From positions 1-53,727 of IMG/VR virus record IMGVR_UViG_3300027721_000020: a DNA stretch of 53,727 nt; one strand, written 5' to 3'. The translations under genes and the position numbers were made by a program. The stretch comes from a virus. Lineage: Duplodnaviria; Caudoviricetes. The notes below the pieces were generated by a model, which had not been told where the DNA came from, ran no database searches, and saw only the letters and a program-made list of their open reading frames with translations. Each line of letters begins with the position of its first letter. The first letter of the stretch is position 1. Positions 17,955 through 28,253 of this stretch are shown in pieces.

Positions 17955-19456
17955 GTTAGATCCTGCCCTAAGATATTGGTAATCTGGTTATTGCTTTCGT
18001 TAATAGTGTATGTGTTCTTATTGATGTTATATATCTCTTGTTTATTTGCAAAATTAATACTTTTTAGCGAACTGAGCAAACTCTTAGGGAGCACATCCCC
18101 AAATTTTATAGTGTACTTGTAAGGATTGGTTATCCCTTGAACTAATTCCTTTACCTCATACAGATTATCTATGGCAAATGTTGCACTAACTATCCTGATG
18201 AAGTCTCCCAGAAATATTGCCATACTATTTGCTCTGATATAATACTCGTCTATTGTTCCTTCATATACCTCAATATTCGATGAGTTTGAATCAAGGTATG
18301 CCTGAGTAGCGTCTTTCAAACGAGATTCGGCATCCGTCAGGTAACTCTGCGGCATGATAATATCAAATAGCTTGTATTGATCCCCTATATTTGCCTTAAT
18401 TACTGAATTAGGGTATTGCCCGCTTTCATCCGAATAGTAATCCATTGTTACCGTCTTAGTCGAAAATACAAATGAAATATCAAAAGTAAGCCCTATCAAA
18501 GAGCCAGTAAGGAATGTTATCTTTGGTTTGATTCCTTGTATCTTTTGCGCCTCAATGTCAAATTCTATTGAAGTATCGGTGAATATCCGCAGATCCCCCG
18601 AATTAATCCCAGTTATACTTCCTGTTTTTTCAGGAGAAATGTCAAATTCTTGGACGGTTTCAATCCTTCCGAATAATGCAATATTTTTTTCAAGTTTTGA
18701 TTCTCCGCCCACCCCTACAAAGGATAGCCTGTTTTCAGTCAATAATGAGCTATCGTATGTTATTTGTGGGGGTGTAGCAATACGAGGGGGTAGGTTTGAG
18801 GTTGCGCCATACCCATATACACAAGTTACCGTGTCCTGACTGTCTATCCTAATCCTTGTTAATTGTGTGAACCCCTTTAATTTGCCTACTTGCAATACAT
18901 AAGAAGTGCTAGTGGTCTTTGTGGTAAAGTGTAATTTTTTACCCTCCAAATACCACGAAAAAAGCAATAGATTAGATAGCTCTGTTATGGCTTCTAAGGC
19001 ATTCCAGTTATTGAAATTCACCGTTATCATCCCTGTTGGGGTATAGCTGCCTACTGAATACCCCGTTGAATTTCTGTTTAGGTTATCAACAATAAAACTC
19101 AAAAAAGTTTGAGCATTTCCAGTCAATGAAAATTTATAATCCTTATAGTACCCCGTTTGTTTAGGTGTAATAAGAAATATTTTTGTTTTCCTTAATTCGT
19201 GGATAGGGCCTTCAAATATACACTCATATTGGTAATTCTTAGGGCTTTCTGTTACCCTGGGCCGTTTGTTTAGTGTGTAGATAACTCCCGCTTTGGTGTG
19301 CTCTATATAGTCGCCTATCCTAATATCCGCTAATTCAATCAACGTGAAATTAATCCTGATAATATCCTCAGATTGCTTTTTTTGGGACAATTCAGAATTA
19401 TCGGAAGGCTGCACCTCCAATAAGCGTATTTTATTGCGAAATATAGAAATATTCAT
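17939..19456 (-). CDS. Tail tip/hub protein (Bacteroidota phage type)
   Basis: 505 aa downstream of Dit-like gene; TCVYGYGATSNLP, IMPQSYLTDAE, GDFIRIV motifs. Confidence 0.7.
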   Translation of the reverse strand: MNISIFRNKIRLLEVQPSDNSELSQKKQSEDIIRINFTLIELADIRIGDYIEHTKAGVIYTLNKRPRVTESPKNYQYECIFEGPIHELRKTKIFLITPKQTGYYKDYKFSLTGNAQTFLSFIVDNLNRNSTGYSVGSYTPTGMITVNFNNWNALEAITELSNLLLFSWYLEGKKLHFTTKTTSTSYVLQVGKLKGFTQLTRIRIDSQDTVTCVYGYGATSNLPPRIATPPQITYDSSLLTENRLSFVGVGGESKLEKNIALFGRIETVQEFDISPEKTGSITGINSGDLRIFTDTSIEFDIEAQKIQGIKPKITFLTGSLIGLTFDISFVFSTKTVTMDYYSDESGQYPNSVIKANIGDQYKLFDIIMPQSYLTDAESRLKDATQAYLDSNSSNIEVYEGTIDEYYIRANSMAIFLGDFIRIVSATFAIDNLYEVKELVQGITNPYKYTIKFGDVLPKSLLSSLKSINFANKQEIYNINKNTYTINESNNQITNILGQDLTWQDL

Positions 19457-19460
19457 AATG

Positions 19461-20213
19461 CTAAGGTATCGTCATTGTTACATTCACGGACATACTAAGC
19501 TTAAGGGAAGGAGTGTTAAAGTTATATATTTTCCTAATATATAATTGCGTTCCATTCAGTTGAGTCCCAATGGCAAAAATATCTACCGTTCCAGAAAAAT
19601 TCTTAATTACTACCTCTACTTCGTAATTTCCAGCATAAACCATTTCTGCCGTAAAAAAGAACGGGGTGTTTTCTGCCGCAAATACCCCCCTGCACGATAT
19701 TCCGTTCATGGATCTTCCTGAAGGAAGCACAGGGGAGAATACAACTTTTTGCCCAGTATTAATATCCGCTTCTGCTGTAACGGAGTACGCCATCGCCCCC
19801 ATTAATGAGTTTCCTGATTGAGGGTCTACTCCAGTAGCATTGACCCTATACGTATTAGGGACGAAATTACCTACAAAAAAATCATTTTTTAGAGTAGCGT
19901 TCATTAAGACTTGATTAGCTGCCGTTAGCAACCCACTGCCTGTTTTCGCAGTAATTTCTCCATCCGTAGCCATTCGATTAATCCCCATAACCACAGTAGT
20001 CATAACACTATCGTAGAATGCCTTAGGAGTCATTGCTTGATAGTTATTTGCGTTGGACGAGATTACCGCATTGGTAAGGATTGTTTGCAAAAGCAACTTT
20101 TTTGCATCCGTAAAGCTTGTAGCGTCTACCGCCAAATATAGGGTTGCTAGTAACGCTTGAATTTGCCCCGAGGAGACTTCTCCATCTAAATCTTTTATTC
20201 GTGAATCTGCCAT
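19461..20213 (-). CDS. Minor tail protein
   Basis: MADSRIKDL start, AMTPK and MATDGE fibre-like motifs. Confidence 0.55.
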   Translation of the reverse strand: MADSRIKDLDGEVSSGQIQALLATLYLAVDATSFTDAKKLLLQTILTNAVISSNANNYQAMTPKAFYDSVMTTVVMGINRMATDGEITAKTGSGLLTAANQVLMNATLKNDFFVGNFVPNTYRVNATGVDPQSGNSLMGAMAYSVTAEADINTGQKVVFSPVLPSGRSMNGISCRGVFAAENTPFFFTAEMVYAGNYEVEVVIKNFSGTVDIFAIGTQLNGTQLYIRKIYNFNTPSLKLSMSVNVTMTIP

Positions 20214-20218
20214 ATTGG

Positions 20219-21145
20219 TTAGTTAGTTATTATTTTATTTGTTGTGCCACTAAGAAAGGCATCCGTATCATTCCATAATAGCCTTGCCTGTCTTATTAAT
20301 ATATAATTTGTTTTGGTCATTGTTGCAAATCCTCCTACACTATTGAAAACCTGCAATGAAACAGTATAAATACCTTCATTAATGTAAGTATGTGAAGGGT
20401 TACTAGCATCCGAGGTGCTACCGTCCCCAAAATCCCACGACCATAATCCAATTGTACCCGTACTTAAGTCGGTGAACACCACGGTTTGTGGTTTTATTCC
20501 CGATGTGATATTGGCGGAAAAATCAGCCAACAAAACTGCCACGTCCACCTCATCTGAATCAATATCTATCACAACATCAATGGGGACATTTGCCAGAAGT
20601 GAACCCTTTGCATATGCCCCCGAATTGCTTACTATTGCCCTTTCACCATTTCCCCAGTATAATTGAGCTGTCTTTCCTTTGGTGTAAACAATGGTAAGAA
20701 CTCCTAATACTATTGATGTATAATATTTAACGGCCTTTGGATTAACGTCTTTCAATCCTATTTTGAAAAGATAGAGGCTGTTGCTATTCCTTATTTTAAG
20801 GTCTGCGGCGATCGCATTAGACCTGCTGCACAAATAGCATTGCCTTAACCCTTGTGCAGTATCCCGTAAAGACAGGACGAACACCGATTTTGAATACAAA
20901 TAATCTGTGAAGGTCTTAACCAATACGTATGCAGCGGACAATGTAGAAGCCTTGCAATAACAAGATAGGACAAACTCCCTTGCATCGTATTTTACATTGG
21001 ATAAGTCTCTGTCCACCCCCGATTTGTCCTCCCATGTACGTTCCTGTACCCTTTCTGCGGGAAATGAAAAAACATCCGTATAATCCAGTACCTCTACTCC
21101 GTATACGGTTTTTAAATCCTTATTATCTATCAATATGCTTATCAT
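20219..21145 (-). CDS. Distal tail (Dit-like) protein with C-terminal PKD domain
   Basis: Follows tape measure; ADFSAN..FTDLSTG..WSWDFGDG..NPSHTY..GIYTVSL PKD signature. Confidence 0.75.
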   Translation of the reverse strand: MISILIDNKDLKTVYGVEVLDYTDVFSFPAERVQERTWEDKSGVDRDLSNVKYDAREFVLSCYCKASTLSAAYVLVKTFTDYLYSKSVFVLSLRDTAQGLRQCYLCSRSNAIAADLKIRNSNSLYLFKIGLKDVNPKAVKYYTSIVLGVLTIVYTKGKTAQLYWGNGERAIVSNSGAYAKGSLLANVPIDVVIDIDSDEVDVAVLLADFSANITSGIKPQTVVFTDLSTGTIGLWSWDFGDGSTSDASNPSHTYINEGIYTVSLQVFNSVGGFATMTKTNYILIRQARLLWNDTDAFLSGTTNKIITN

Positions 21146-24100
21146 ATACTTTCAAGTTTTTGGTACGTCTTTTTTGTATTTTCCGCAATTTCAGGCAAAT
21201 AATCAGTATTCAATTTGATTTGCTGTAAATATACCAAATTTTGAATCGCATAATCCAACATATCGTTTGAATTATTGGACATTAATTGGTTGCTCATCAT
21301 AATTGCACCTAACCGACCTACTAACATCGAACCTGTTTCCTCTGTTATCGCTTGGGATATTTGTCCTGCGGAAGAAGCTGCCTGCGCTGTTTGTGTGGAA
21401 AATGCACTGCCAAAACCCGCTTGTGCTGCCAATTCATCTGCACTTTTGTAAGCATCCAATATGGTAGGTTGTAATGCCTTAACATCATTGTAGAACCCAC
21501 CCAAGGACGTAATAACATTTTGTTGCAATTGTTCGGCTGTGATAGCTCCCCCTGCAAATAAATCCCTGTATTCCGCTGTCTTTTTATTCAGTCCATCTAA
21601 TAATGGTTGAAGGAATGTAAATTCAATAGCCTGATTTGTAAAGCTCTCAACCATATTAGACAAGGAATCCTCTAATCCTGTTAGTGAGCTATTGCCTTCC
21701 TCGTACATTGTTTGAAATGCCCCCGATATTGTAGAACCCAGTCCTTCAAATATATCTGAAACATGTTGCCCAAATTGATCTACTACTCCTTCAAAAACAT
21801 CCAATTGCTCAACTATGGTATCGACTACAACGGGTTCTATAACAGGTTCTATAACAGGTTCAATAGGTTTATTAAACGCTTGGTCAAATCCTGCTGCCGA
21901 AGCCATTGCATCCGCAGCTGCATACGCTTCAATTATAGTTGGTTGCAAGGTCTTCATTTGGTCGTAGAACGCTCCTAAGGAAGTAATAACATTTTGCTGC
22001 AATTCAGTAGCGGTTATTTCTCCTTTAGCATACTGTTGTCCAAATGCTTTGGTCTGTTCGTTAAGTTGTGTCAATAACGGCTGCAAAAAGGCAAATTCAA
22101 TCGCATCGTTGGTAAAGCTTTCAATCATTTGTGCGAATGACTCCTCCAGACCTGCCATTGCATCGGTACCTCCCTCGTACATGCTTTGGAATGCAGAAGT
22201 AACTACATTACCTACATTCCCAAATATTCCCGCAATATAATCTCCGAATTGTGCATATGCAGTATCCGCCTCATCCATTAGGGTTAGCAAAGATTCAATA
22301 GAAGCCCTGTCTGCCTCTCCAATATCCTCCGCTGCACTTACCGTAGCTAATAACGTTCTATTCAATTCTCCGTTTGCGTCAATTAATTCGGGGTACATGT
22401 CCAACAAATTGGAATAAGAATCCTCTACTCCAAAAAAGTTTGAAAAGTTACTACGGTCAGTAGTCTTAACCGATATTCCGGCAAGTAGTTCTTCTAAGGG
22501 GCTGCCTCCTACCCCTATTATCTGTCCTTGCTGAATTTCTCCTAATGCTAGTATGGCATCAATTTGGGCTTTGTACTGATCAGAAATATTTGCGGTATTC
22601 CTTACAGTCTCTAGTAGAGACCTGTTTAATACACCATTTGCATCAATCAATCCTGGGTACATATCAAGGATCGACTGCATGTTATTGGGTATCTCGGTAA
22701 ACATGGCTCCAATAGGGTTCATATACGCTGCTATCACATCTCCCGCATCGGTTGTGCCTACCTCGGCTTTTATCCTTCGCAAAACCTCCTCTAATGTGCC
22801 TCCCCCTCTTTCTACTGCCTGAGCATTTATTTTTGCCAGTGCATCTATTTCCGTTTTCGCTCCAATTGTACGTGAATCTTTGCTTTCCCTGTTCGTTTGA
22901 TTTATATCTTTTAGGAATTTATCGGTCTGTTTCAAAGCTAAATTATAAGCAGAAAGTCCTGCTAATGCGGTTCCCCAGGTGTCTTTGGAAAAAAGGGTGT
23001 TACCTTCCGCATACAACATTTGTTGTTTGATTAATTCGGTATTTTCTGCTTGAATAAGTTTGATAGCAGATACTTGACTGGCTTCTTCCTCCGCTCTCTT
23101 TTGCTGTTGTATTTTGCGTATACCTTGAATTGCGGCTACAACCAGCCCTATAATGGTAATTGATGAGTTAAATTTTTGATTACTGGAAGACTGTTCAGAA
23201 TTAAGGGTTTTAAATTCCTTAGACATGGCCCCAATATTTTTACCTATTCCTACAATATTGGTTATGGTGGACTTTGTGGATTCGTCTACCCCCTCAAAGT
23301 TATTAGACATTTCAGATACAAGGTCGGTAGCTTTTCCTATCGCTCCTATACTTTCCTTCCACGCCTTGGGGCTTTTTCCTTCTTCTGTGTTCTTTTTTTC
23401 AATTTCTTTAGTGAGTTCCTGTACTTGTGCGGTGTATATCGCTACTAATTCTGGGTCTAATACCTCTCCTTGTGCGCTTAACTTAAACTCTAAGTTTCCT
23501 AATTCGATTTGAAGGGCTCCCATACCCTCCTCAACAATACTGGGCAATGTCTTATCTATCCAATCTTGATATACTTTGGATTTGGCAACAAACGAGGCTT
23601 CAAGGTCGGATAGTTCTATTTCATACGCTTTTCGAGCTTCCTCAGCCCCTGCCGCATTATTATTGTTTTCTAATGTCGTAATACTCTTAGTGTAATTTAA
23701 GGCTAAATCCTGCCGTTTTTGCCCATAAGACCTATATAGTGATTCTAATTCCTCTAAGTTCTTTTTTGCAGCGTCTAATTTTTTCTGGTCTTCCTTTTGT
23801 GTGGAGACCACTTGTTCATATTTTACGGCCTTAATTTCCTCCTTTATGATACTTCGTTTCCGAATATCTTTTTCCTTAGCCAAAGAGTTTTCCAGAAATA
23901 CCAGATATGAAGCCCCGGATCTCATTAATCCAGTATATTCATTTTGTACGGCTTTTAGCCTACCCTCGGTAAGTCCTTCAATATCAGCGTTATATTGTTC
24001 GTACAATTTCTTATTTTCGGAAACATACTTTTCAAAATTTTGTATCTTTTCATCGTAATTCTTTTGTGCCTCGAGTTTTTCTTTGGCTGATACCTCTACT

Positions 24101-25347
24101 AATTTCTTGCCTATATCCTGTTTATCCTTTAACTCGTCCCTTGCAGCCTGTATACCTCTATCCTGTGCCTCTTTTATTTGCAGGGATGTAAGTGTTACTC
24201 CACCCTCGTTGAAGGTATCATTCCAAGCTTTCTTAAAATTATCAATTGCACTGCTTAAGCCAGGAAATATTATAGTCAACCCCTTTATTCGGGCTTCCAT
24301 TTTTTCCCAAAATGTGGTATCTGAACTATTCAATACTTTCATTGAATAAGTAAGTTCTTGAACAACCCCGTTCAATAGTCCTATTCCCCCAGTAATCCCG
24401 CCTTGCCCTGATTTTCCTATTTGGTTAAGCAAATTATCCCAAGCATCGCCTAAATTAGATACCTGCCCAGTTAAACTAGCTGCAATCTTTGCATTGGCTC
24501 CAGCTACACCCTCTAATTTCCCCAGACTTAATATATATTCTCTTATGGATTCGGAGGTATTCTTTACAGTGGTAGTTTGTCCCTTAAATGTGAAGGACAC
24601 GTCATCGCCTACTTTTTTAGCTTTAACTCCGAATTCTTTTAGCCTTTCAAATTCGCCTGTCTGTGCATCAATTATGGCTTCGGCTAATTGTGTGAACCCT
24701 TTTCCTGTTGAACTCGCAAGATCCCCTAATCTTGTCATTTCCTCATATGTAGGCTGGAATCCTTGATTTGTAAGTCTTACAAAGGCATCGGATAGCTCAG
24801 TGAGCTGAAATGGTGTCTCCGCAGCAAAATCGGAAACCATTTGTAGTGCATTATCCGCAGCTAATTTACTGCCTAATGTATTTTCGAGTACTATCCCAAA
24901 TTTTTCAAATTCGGCACGTGTAGTGATTATTGATTTTCCAAATTGAATTAGTTGTTGGCCTCCAAAATAAGCAGCTAAACCTGTGCCTATGGTGCGGAAA
25001 GTATTATTTAATCCCTTGGTAGAGGTGTCTAATGAATTGATTGCTTGTTTCGTCTTATTTATTTCGGCATTAACCTTCCCTAAATCCGATGCCTTATTTT
25101 TATATTCAACGGTGTCCCTGCTTAGGGTAAGCATTTCCGCATGTAACTTATTTGCAGCATCTTGTAGGTTTTTTAAAGGTACTGTTGAAATATTTTGAAG
25201 CGTATGGCCAATAGACCCGAATCCCTCGTCAATTTTTGGCAATGCTCGCCCAGTACCTGCCACAAATTCATTTATGGACGCATTCATCCGCTTCAAGTCA
25301 TCCTCGAACCCTTTGTCAATCCCGCTTTCAAAAAAAAGTCCCGCCAT
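21142..25347 (-). CDS. Tape measure protein
   Basis: 1401 aa helical; FAAETPFQL, LGDLAS, GEFERLKEFG, GQVSNLGDAW tape-measure domain. Confidence 0.93.
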   Translation of the reverse strand: MAGLFFESGIDKGFEDDLKRMNASINEFVAGTGRALPKIDEGFGSIGHTLQNISTVPLKNLQDAANKLHAEMLTLSRDTVEYKNKASDLGKVNAEINKTKQAINSLDTSTKGLNNTFRTIGTGLAAYFGGQQLIQFGKSIITTRAEFEKFGIVLENTLGSKLAADNALQMVSDFAAETPFQLTELSDAFVRLTNQGFQPTYEEMTRLGDLASSTGKGFTQLAEAIIDAQTGEFERLKEFGVKAKKVGDDVSFTFKGQTTTVKNTSESIREYILSLGKLEGVAGANAKIAASLTGQVSNLGDAWDNLLNQIGKSGQGGITGGIGLLNGVVQELTYSMKVLNSSDTTFWEKMEARIKGLTIIFPGLSSAIDNFKKAWNDTFNEGGVTLTSLQIKEAQDRGIQAARDELKDKQDIGKKLVEVSAKEKLEAQKNYDEKIQNFEKYVSENKKLYEQYNADIEGLTEGRLKAVQNEYTGLMRSGASYLVFLENSLAKEKDIRKRSIIKEEIKAVKYEQVVSTQKEDQKKLDAAKKNLEELESLYRSYGQKRQDLALNYTKSITTLENNNNAAGAEEARKAYEIELSDLEASFVAKSKVYQDWIDKTLPSIVEEGMGALQIELGNLEFKLSAQGEVLDPELVAIYTAQVQELTKEIEKKNTEEGKSPKAWKESIGAIGKATDLVSEMSNNFEGVDESTKSTITNIVGIGKNIGAMSKEFKTLNSEQSSSNQKFNSSITIIGLVVAAIQGIRKIQQQKRAEEEASQVSAIKLIQAENTELIKQQMLYAEGNTLFSKDTWGTALAGLSAYNLALKQTDKFLKDINQTNRESKDSRTIGAKTEIDALAKINAQAVERGGGTLEEVLRRIKAEVGTTDAGDVIAAYMNPIGAMFTEIPNNMQSILDMYPGLIDANGVLNRSLLETVRNTANISDQYKAQIDAILALGEIQQGQIIGVGGSPLEELLAGISVKTTDRSNFSNFFGVEDSYSNLLDMYPELIDANGELNRTLLATVSAAEDIGEADRASIESLLTLMDEADTAYAQFGDYIAGIFGNVGNVVTSAFQSMYEGGTDAMAGLEESFAQMIESFTNDAIEFAFLQPLLTQLNEQTKAFGQQYAKGEITATELQQNVITSLGAFYDQMKTLQPTIIEAYAAADAMASAAGFDQAFNKPIEPVIEPVIEPVVVDTIVEQLDVFEGVVDQFGQHVSDIFEGLGSTISGAFQTMYEEGNSSLTGLEDSLSNMVESFTNQAIEFTFLQPLLDGLNKKTAEYRDLFAGGAITAEQLQQNVITSLGGFYNDVKALQPTILDAYKSADELAAQAGFGSAFSTQTAQAASSAGQISQAITEETGSMLVGRLGAIMMSNQLMSNNSNDMLDYAIQNLVYLQQIKLNTDYLPEIAENTKKTYQKLESI

Positions 25348-25355
25348 AGTAATTA

Positions 25356-25601
25356 TTATCTGAATGCCCCCGTAATTGCTGCGATCTCCTCTGCCGCTGT
25401 TTTAGGGACAATTATTTCCTCTTTTTTCTTATCGTAATCTATGCAAGGTGCATCCAGCATTCCCAGCACAAATAATATATAAGGAATTTCCATTATTTCT
25501 CTTATGCTCATTCCTGTTTTTTCTTGATAGGAGAATATTTTCCCTATTATTGTTTTTCCTCCTTTAACAGCGTATTGTCCTTCTGTCTTAGGAGTTTCCA
25601 A
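25356..25601 (-). CDS. Tail assembly chaperone extension (gpT-like), probably made by -1 frameshift
   Basis: In the -1 frame of the upstream chaperone just after a T9 run; no ATG start. Confidence 0.65.
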   Translation of the reverse strand: METPKTEGQYAVKGGKTIIGKIFSYQEKTGMSIREIMEIPYILFVLGMLDAPCIDYDKKKEEIIVPKTAAEEIAAITGAFR

Positions 25602-25984
25602 TAACTCAAAAAAAAAGCTGGCTCATTCAATTTGTGAATAGTAACATACAAATTCAGTATGTGGTAATGCCCACAATTCTGGAGCTTTCTCTTTAGTAGG
25701 GGCTTAAAAAACCAACAAAATAATCTCCGATTAAGCAATGCAATAAGGCAATACTCAATAATAAGCGGGGTTACTGCCTCCTGTAACTTGGAATCATAGA
25801 AATTGGAAACTTTCATATCCTCTTCCCGTCCTGATACGTTCTCTATTAGCTCCTTAATTTTGCATAGTTGAATATGGGTTCCTACCTTAATATAGCGAAG
25901 GTAAAAGGGGAAAACCCCTAATACCTTAAAACCTTGAAGCTTCTTTTTTTCATCAGTCGCTATGTCCGCTATCTCAATTTTCAT
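25547..25984 (-). CDS. Tail assembly chaperone (gpG-like)
   Basis: Between major tail and tape measure; slippery site near 3' end. Confidence 0.7.
   Translation of the reverse strand: MKIEIADIATDEKKKLQGFKVLGVFPFYLRYIKVGTHIQLCKIKELIENVSGREEDMKVSNFYDSKLQEAVTPLIIEYCLIALLNRRLFCWFFKPLLKRKLQNCGHYHILNLYVTIHKLNEPAFFLSYWKLLRQKDNTLLKEEKQ
25608..25616 (-). other. Programmed -1 ribosomal frameshift site (GCT TTT TTT TTG)
   Basis: Nine T on the minus strand; -1 slip gives TTT GAG TTA TTG GAA ACT into the downstream ORF. Confidence 0.7.
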
Positions 25985-25988
25985 ATAA

Positions 25989-26759
25989 TTATGGTGTAAC
26001 GGTTACGGTTACTGTCCAATTTTGAATAGCTCCATTTGCCGATTCCACTGCATATATTACTGGAGCTGTGAAATTTTGAGCTTCTCCAGAAATAGGCAAA
26101 ATAGATGCTCCCAAACTTACTCCTATAACAGGAACTAATGCTGTTACCACAGTTAATGCAGGCATTGTTACGGCTACGGTATGTGCCACGGCATCAATAG
26201 TGGAAGACCCTGTTTGAAGCGGAATTACAAACGTAATAATGTCGTTTGCGTTCGGTAATAACAACTCCTCATAGGTGTAACTACCTATTGTGGTTTTGTC
26301 AGGTTGAAGTACAACCCCATTAATCATATAATAATGAAGATCGTCATCGTTGATCATGGGGTATCCATCGAATACTACTCTAGGAATAGTTACCAACACG
26401 TTCCCTCCTGTGAGGATTTTTACTGATTTTTCAATTATTTGATTTGGATTTATTGGGGCTGAAAATTTCACTGAATTTGCATCCGTTGTAACCGTACCAC
26501 CTGTGAATTTTGCAATGTTTTCAGGGGTCAAATCCGCCAATTGAAAATTCAAAGTCATATCTCCTTTGACCGAAGAACTTTCGAGCAAAGACCCCTGCAC
26601 ATTTTTGTAATTATTGGTTGCTGCATCGCTACCATTTAATTTTACCGAAGCTTCTCTTTGCCCAATTTGGATTTCCTCCCAATTTGTGCCAGCTCCGCCA
26701 TCTTGGGCTACATCCGCGGTCCAAAACTTTTTTATTTTTACACTTGTTACAATTGCCAT
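25989..26759 (-). CDS. Major tail tube protein with C-terminal Ig-like (DUF5018-like) domain
   Basis: Gene order; NDIITF..VSLGASI.P.SG..NFTAPVIYAV..WTVTV Ig-like pattern. Confidence 0.75.
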   Translation of the reverse strand: MAIVTSVKIKKFWTADVAQDGGAGTNWEEIQIGQREASVKLNGSDAATNNYKNVQGSLLESSSVKGDMTLNFQLADLTPENIAKFTGGTVTTDANSVKFSAPINPNQIIEKSVKILTGGNVLVTIPRVVFDGYPMINDDDLHYYMINGVVLQPDKTTIGSYTYEELLLPNANDIITFVIPLQTGSSTIDAVAHTVAVTMPALTVVTALVPVIGVSLGASILPISGEAQNFTAPVIYAVESANGAIQNWTVTVTVTP

Positions 26760-26762
26760 GAT

Positions 26763-27161
26763 TTATAATATTACAAAATTAATTTTTAATATTGCGTAAT
26801 GTTGGTGGATTTCCTCCACCGCCTCCGTGTATACTTCACGGCTCTCAACATAAAATGAGTATCCTGCTGTCTTTAGCAGCACACCGCATAAATTATATAA
26901 TAAGGTCTCCTTAGACGCTCCATTTACCAAATCCTCATAATAGGTGTTATTGTTCAATAGATCCTTGTAGAATATCTTAACGTACAACGCCCCATTTTGG
27001 ATGAATTTGGCAGTAGTTCCGGGAATCAAACTAATGACACAATCCTCTAGCACACTATCAGTAGGACGCCTCTTTTTGTATACTCCACCGCTCAATAAAT
27101 TAATCGGGCTTGCAGTAACAATAGTCCAAATATCCGTTAGTATGCCGTTCGTGGTTTTCAT
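26763..27161 (-). CDS. Tail terminator-like protein
   Basis: SGGVYKKRRPTDSVLEDCVI motif; gene order. Confidence 0.6.
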   Translation of the reverse strand: MKTTNGILTDIWTIVTASPINLLSGGVYKKRRPTDSVLEDCVISLIPGTTAKFIQNGALYVKIFYKDLLNNNTYYEDLVNGASKETLLYNLCGVLLKTAGYSFYVESREVYTEAVEEIHQHYAILKINFVIL

Positions 27162-27589
27162 TTAATTTTCTGTTTTAATTTTTCCACCAATTCCTGCAAT
27201 TTAGAACCCATTATAAGTTCGGATTTTTTTAAAACATTAAGATTATGGTAATTCTCCACATACGTAGCATATTCCATTCCAGCTACAATAATGACAGTAT
27301 ATCCATTTTGAGAAGTAGGAAATAAGGATGTGATAAATTCCATCCCTGTACCTGTACCTGTTTGTACACCTTCAAAACCTCGGAATCCTATCGGTTTTCC
27401 GTCCTTTAAAACAACTCCTCCTATGGAACTCTTTAGGTTGCTGGTTTGATCTGTATACCCTGCATTCATTTTCGCATGTGTAACTAATTCACTAACCAAC
27501 GCCTCTAAATTGTATATTAATGCAGCTTCAATTAACATTCCTTGTTGGCGGATATACTCCTTTAATTTAGTAGGGTTTTGTAATTTCAT
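27158..27589 (-). CDS. HK97 gp10-like tail completion protein
   Basis: YTDQTSNLKSSIG and VAGMEYATYVE motifs. Confidence 0.75.
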   Translation of the reverse strand: MKLQNPTKLKEYIRQQGMLIEAALIYNLEALVSELVTHAKMNAGYTDQTSNLKSSIGGVVLKDGKPIGFRGFEGVQTGTGTGMEFITSLFPTSQNGYTVIIVAGMEYATYVENYHNLNVLKKSELIMGSKLQELVEKLKQKIK

Positions 27590-27924
27590 ACCACAAGTTT
27601 TAACTTCCGTGTTAAATCCATATACTCCCTATCTTGTACTTGAAATATCCCTAAATTAACATTTCGGGCATCTTGTAATTGAACTTCCTTAACCCCAGTA
27701 ATATCTATACCGTCCAATATGGAATAATCAATATAAACAATATACTTGGCTTGTGTAGCCTGCCCATCAAGTAACAAAACATACTCCCGCCTTACTGTGG
27801 CATGATTACAAGGGAAATATACACTATTAACCTTTGTGGTAGCAATAGGATTCCCATTAATGTCAAATCCTCCGCCACTTCCCTCTGTTATTAATGATAT
27901 ATACCCCGTGTTTATCATGTCCAA
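27586..27924 (-). CDS. Head closure/stopper protein
   Basis: GGFDINGNP motif; gene order. Confidence 0.6.
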   Translation of the reverse strand: MDMINTGYISLITEGSGGGFDINGNPIATTKVNSVYFPCNHATVRREYVLLLDGQATQAKYIVYIDYSILDGIDITGVKEVQLQDARNVNLGIFQVQDREYMDLTRKLKLVV

Positions 27925-28241
27925 TCCTCCCCGTTAAAACCATATTTTCCTCCGCTATACTTCGGGTCTCCATATGTCCCGTATATCTTATTGGCTAATC
28001 CTAAAAATCTCCCCTTAACGGAGATAGCATTGTTTATGCCTGCTTCTTGCTCAGTTAATGAAGGCTGTCCTGCCAAATATAGATATACGTCCGCAGTAGC
28101 TAATTGATAATTTTGTGAATCTCCTATTAGCTTCGTATAGACAGTAGAGCCAATAAGTTCCCTATCCAAACAAATCACCTCTAAGGTAACAGTAGGAATA
28201 GGGAAGACATTAATGGCCTGTAAGGCTTGAATGGTAGTCAT
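27915..28241 (-). CDS. Head-tail adaptor protein
   Basis: Follows capsid; LATADVYLYL..PSLTEQ..ANKIYGTYGD. Confidence 0.6.
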   Translation of the reverse strand: MTTIQALQAINVFPIPTVTLEVICLDRELIGSTVYTKLIGDSQNYQLATADVYLYLAGQPSLTEQEAGINNAISVKGRFLGLANKIYGTYGDPKYSGGKYGFNGEDWT

Positions 28242-28253
28242 AATACTCAAATA

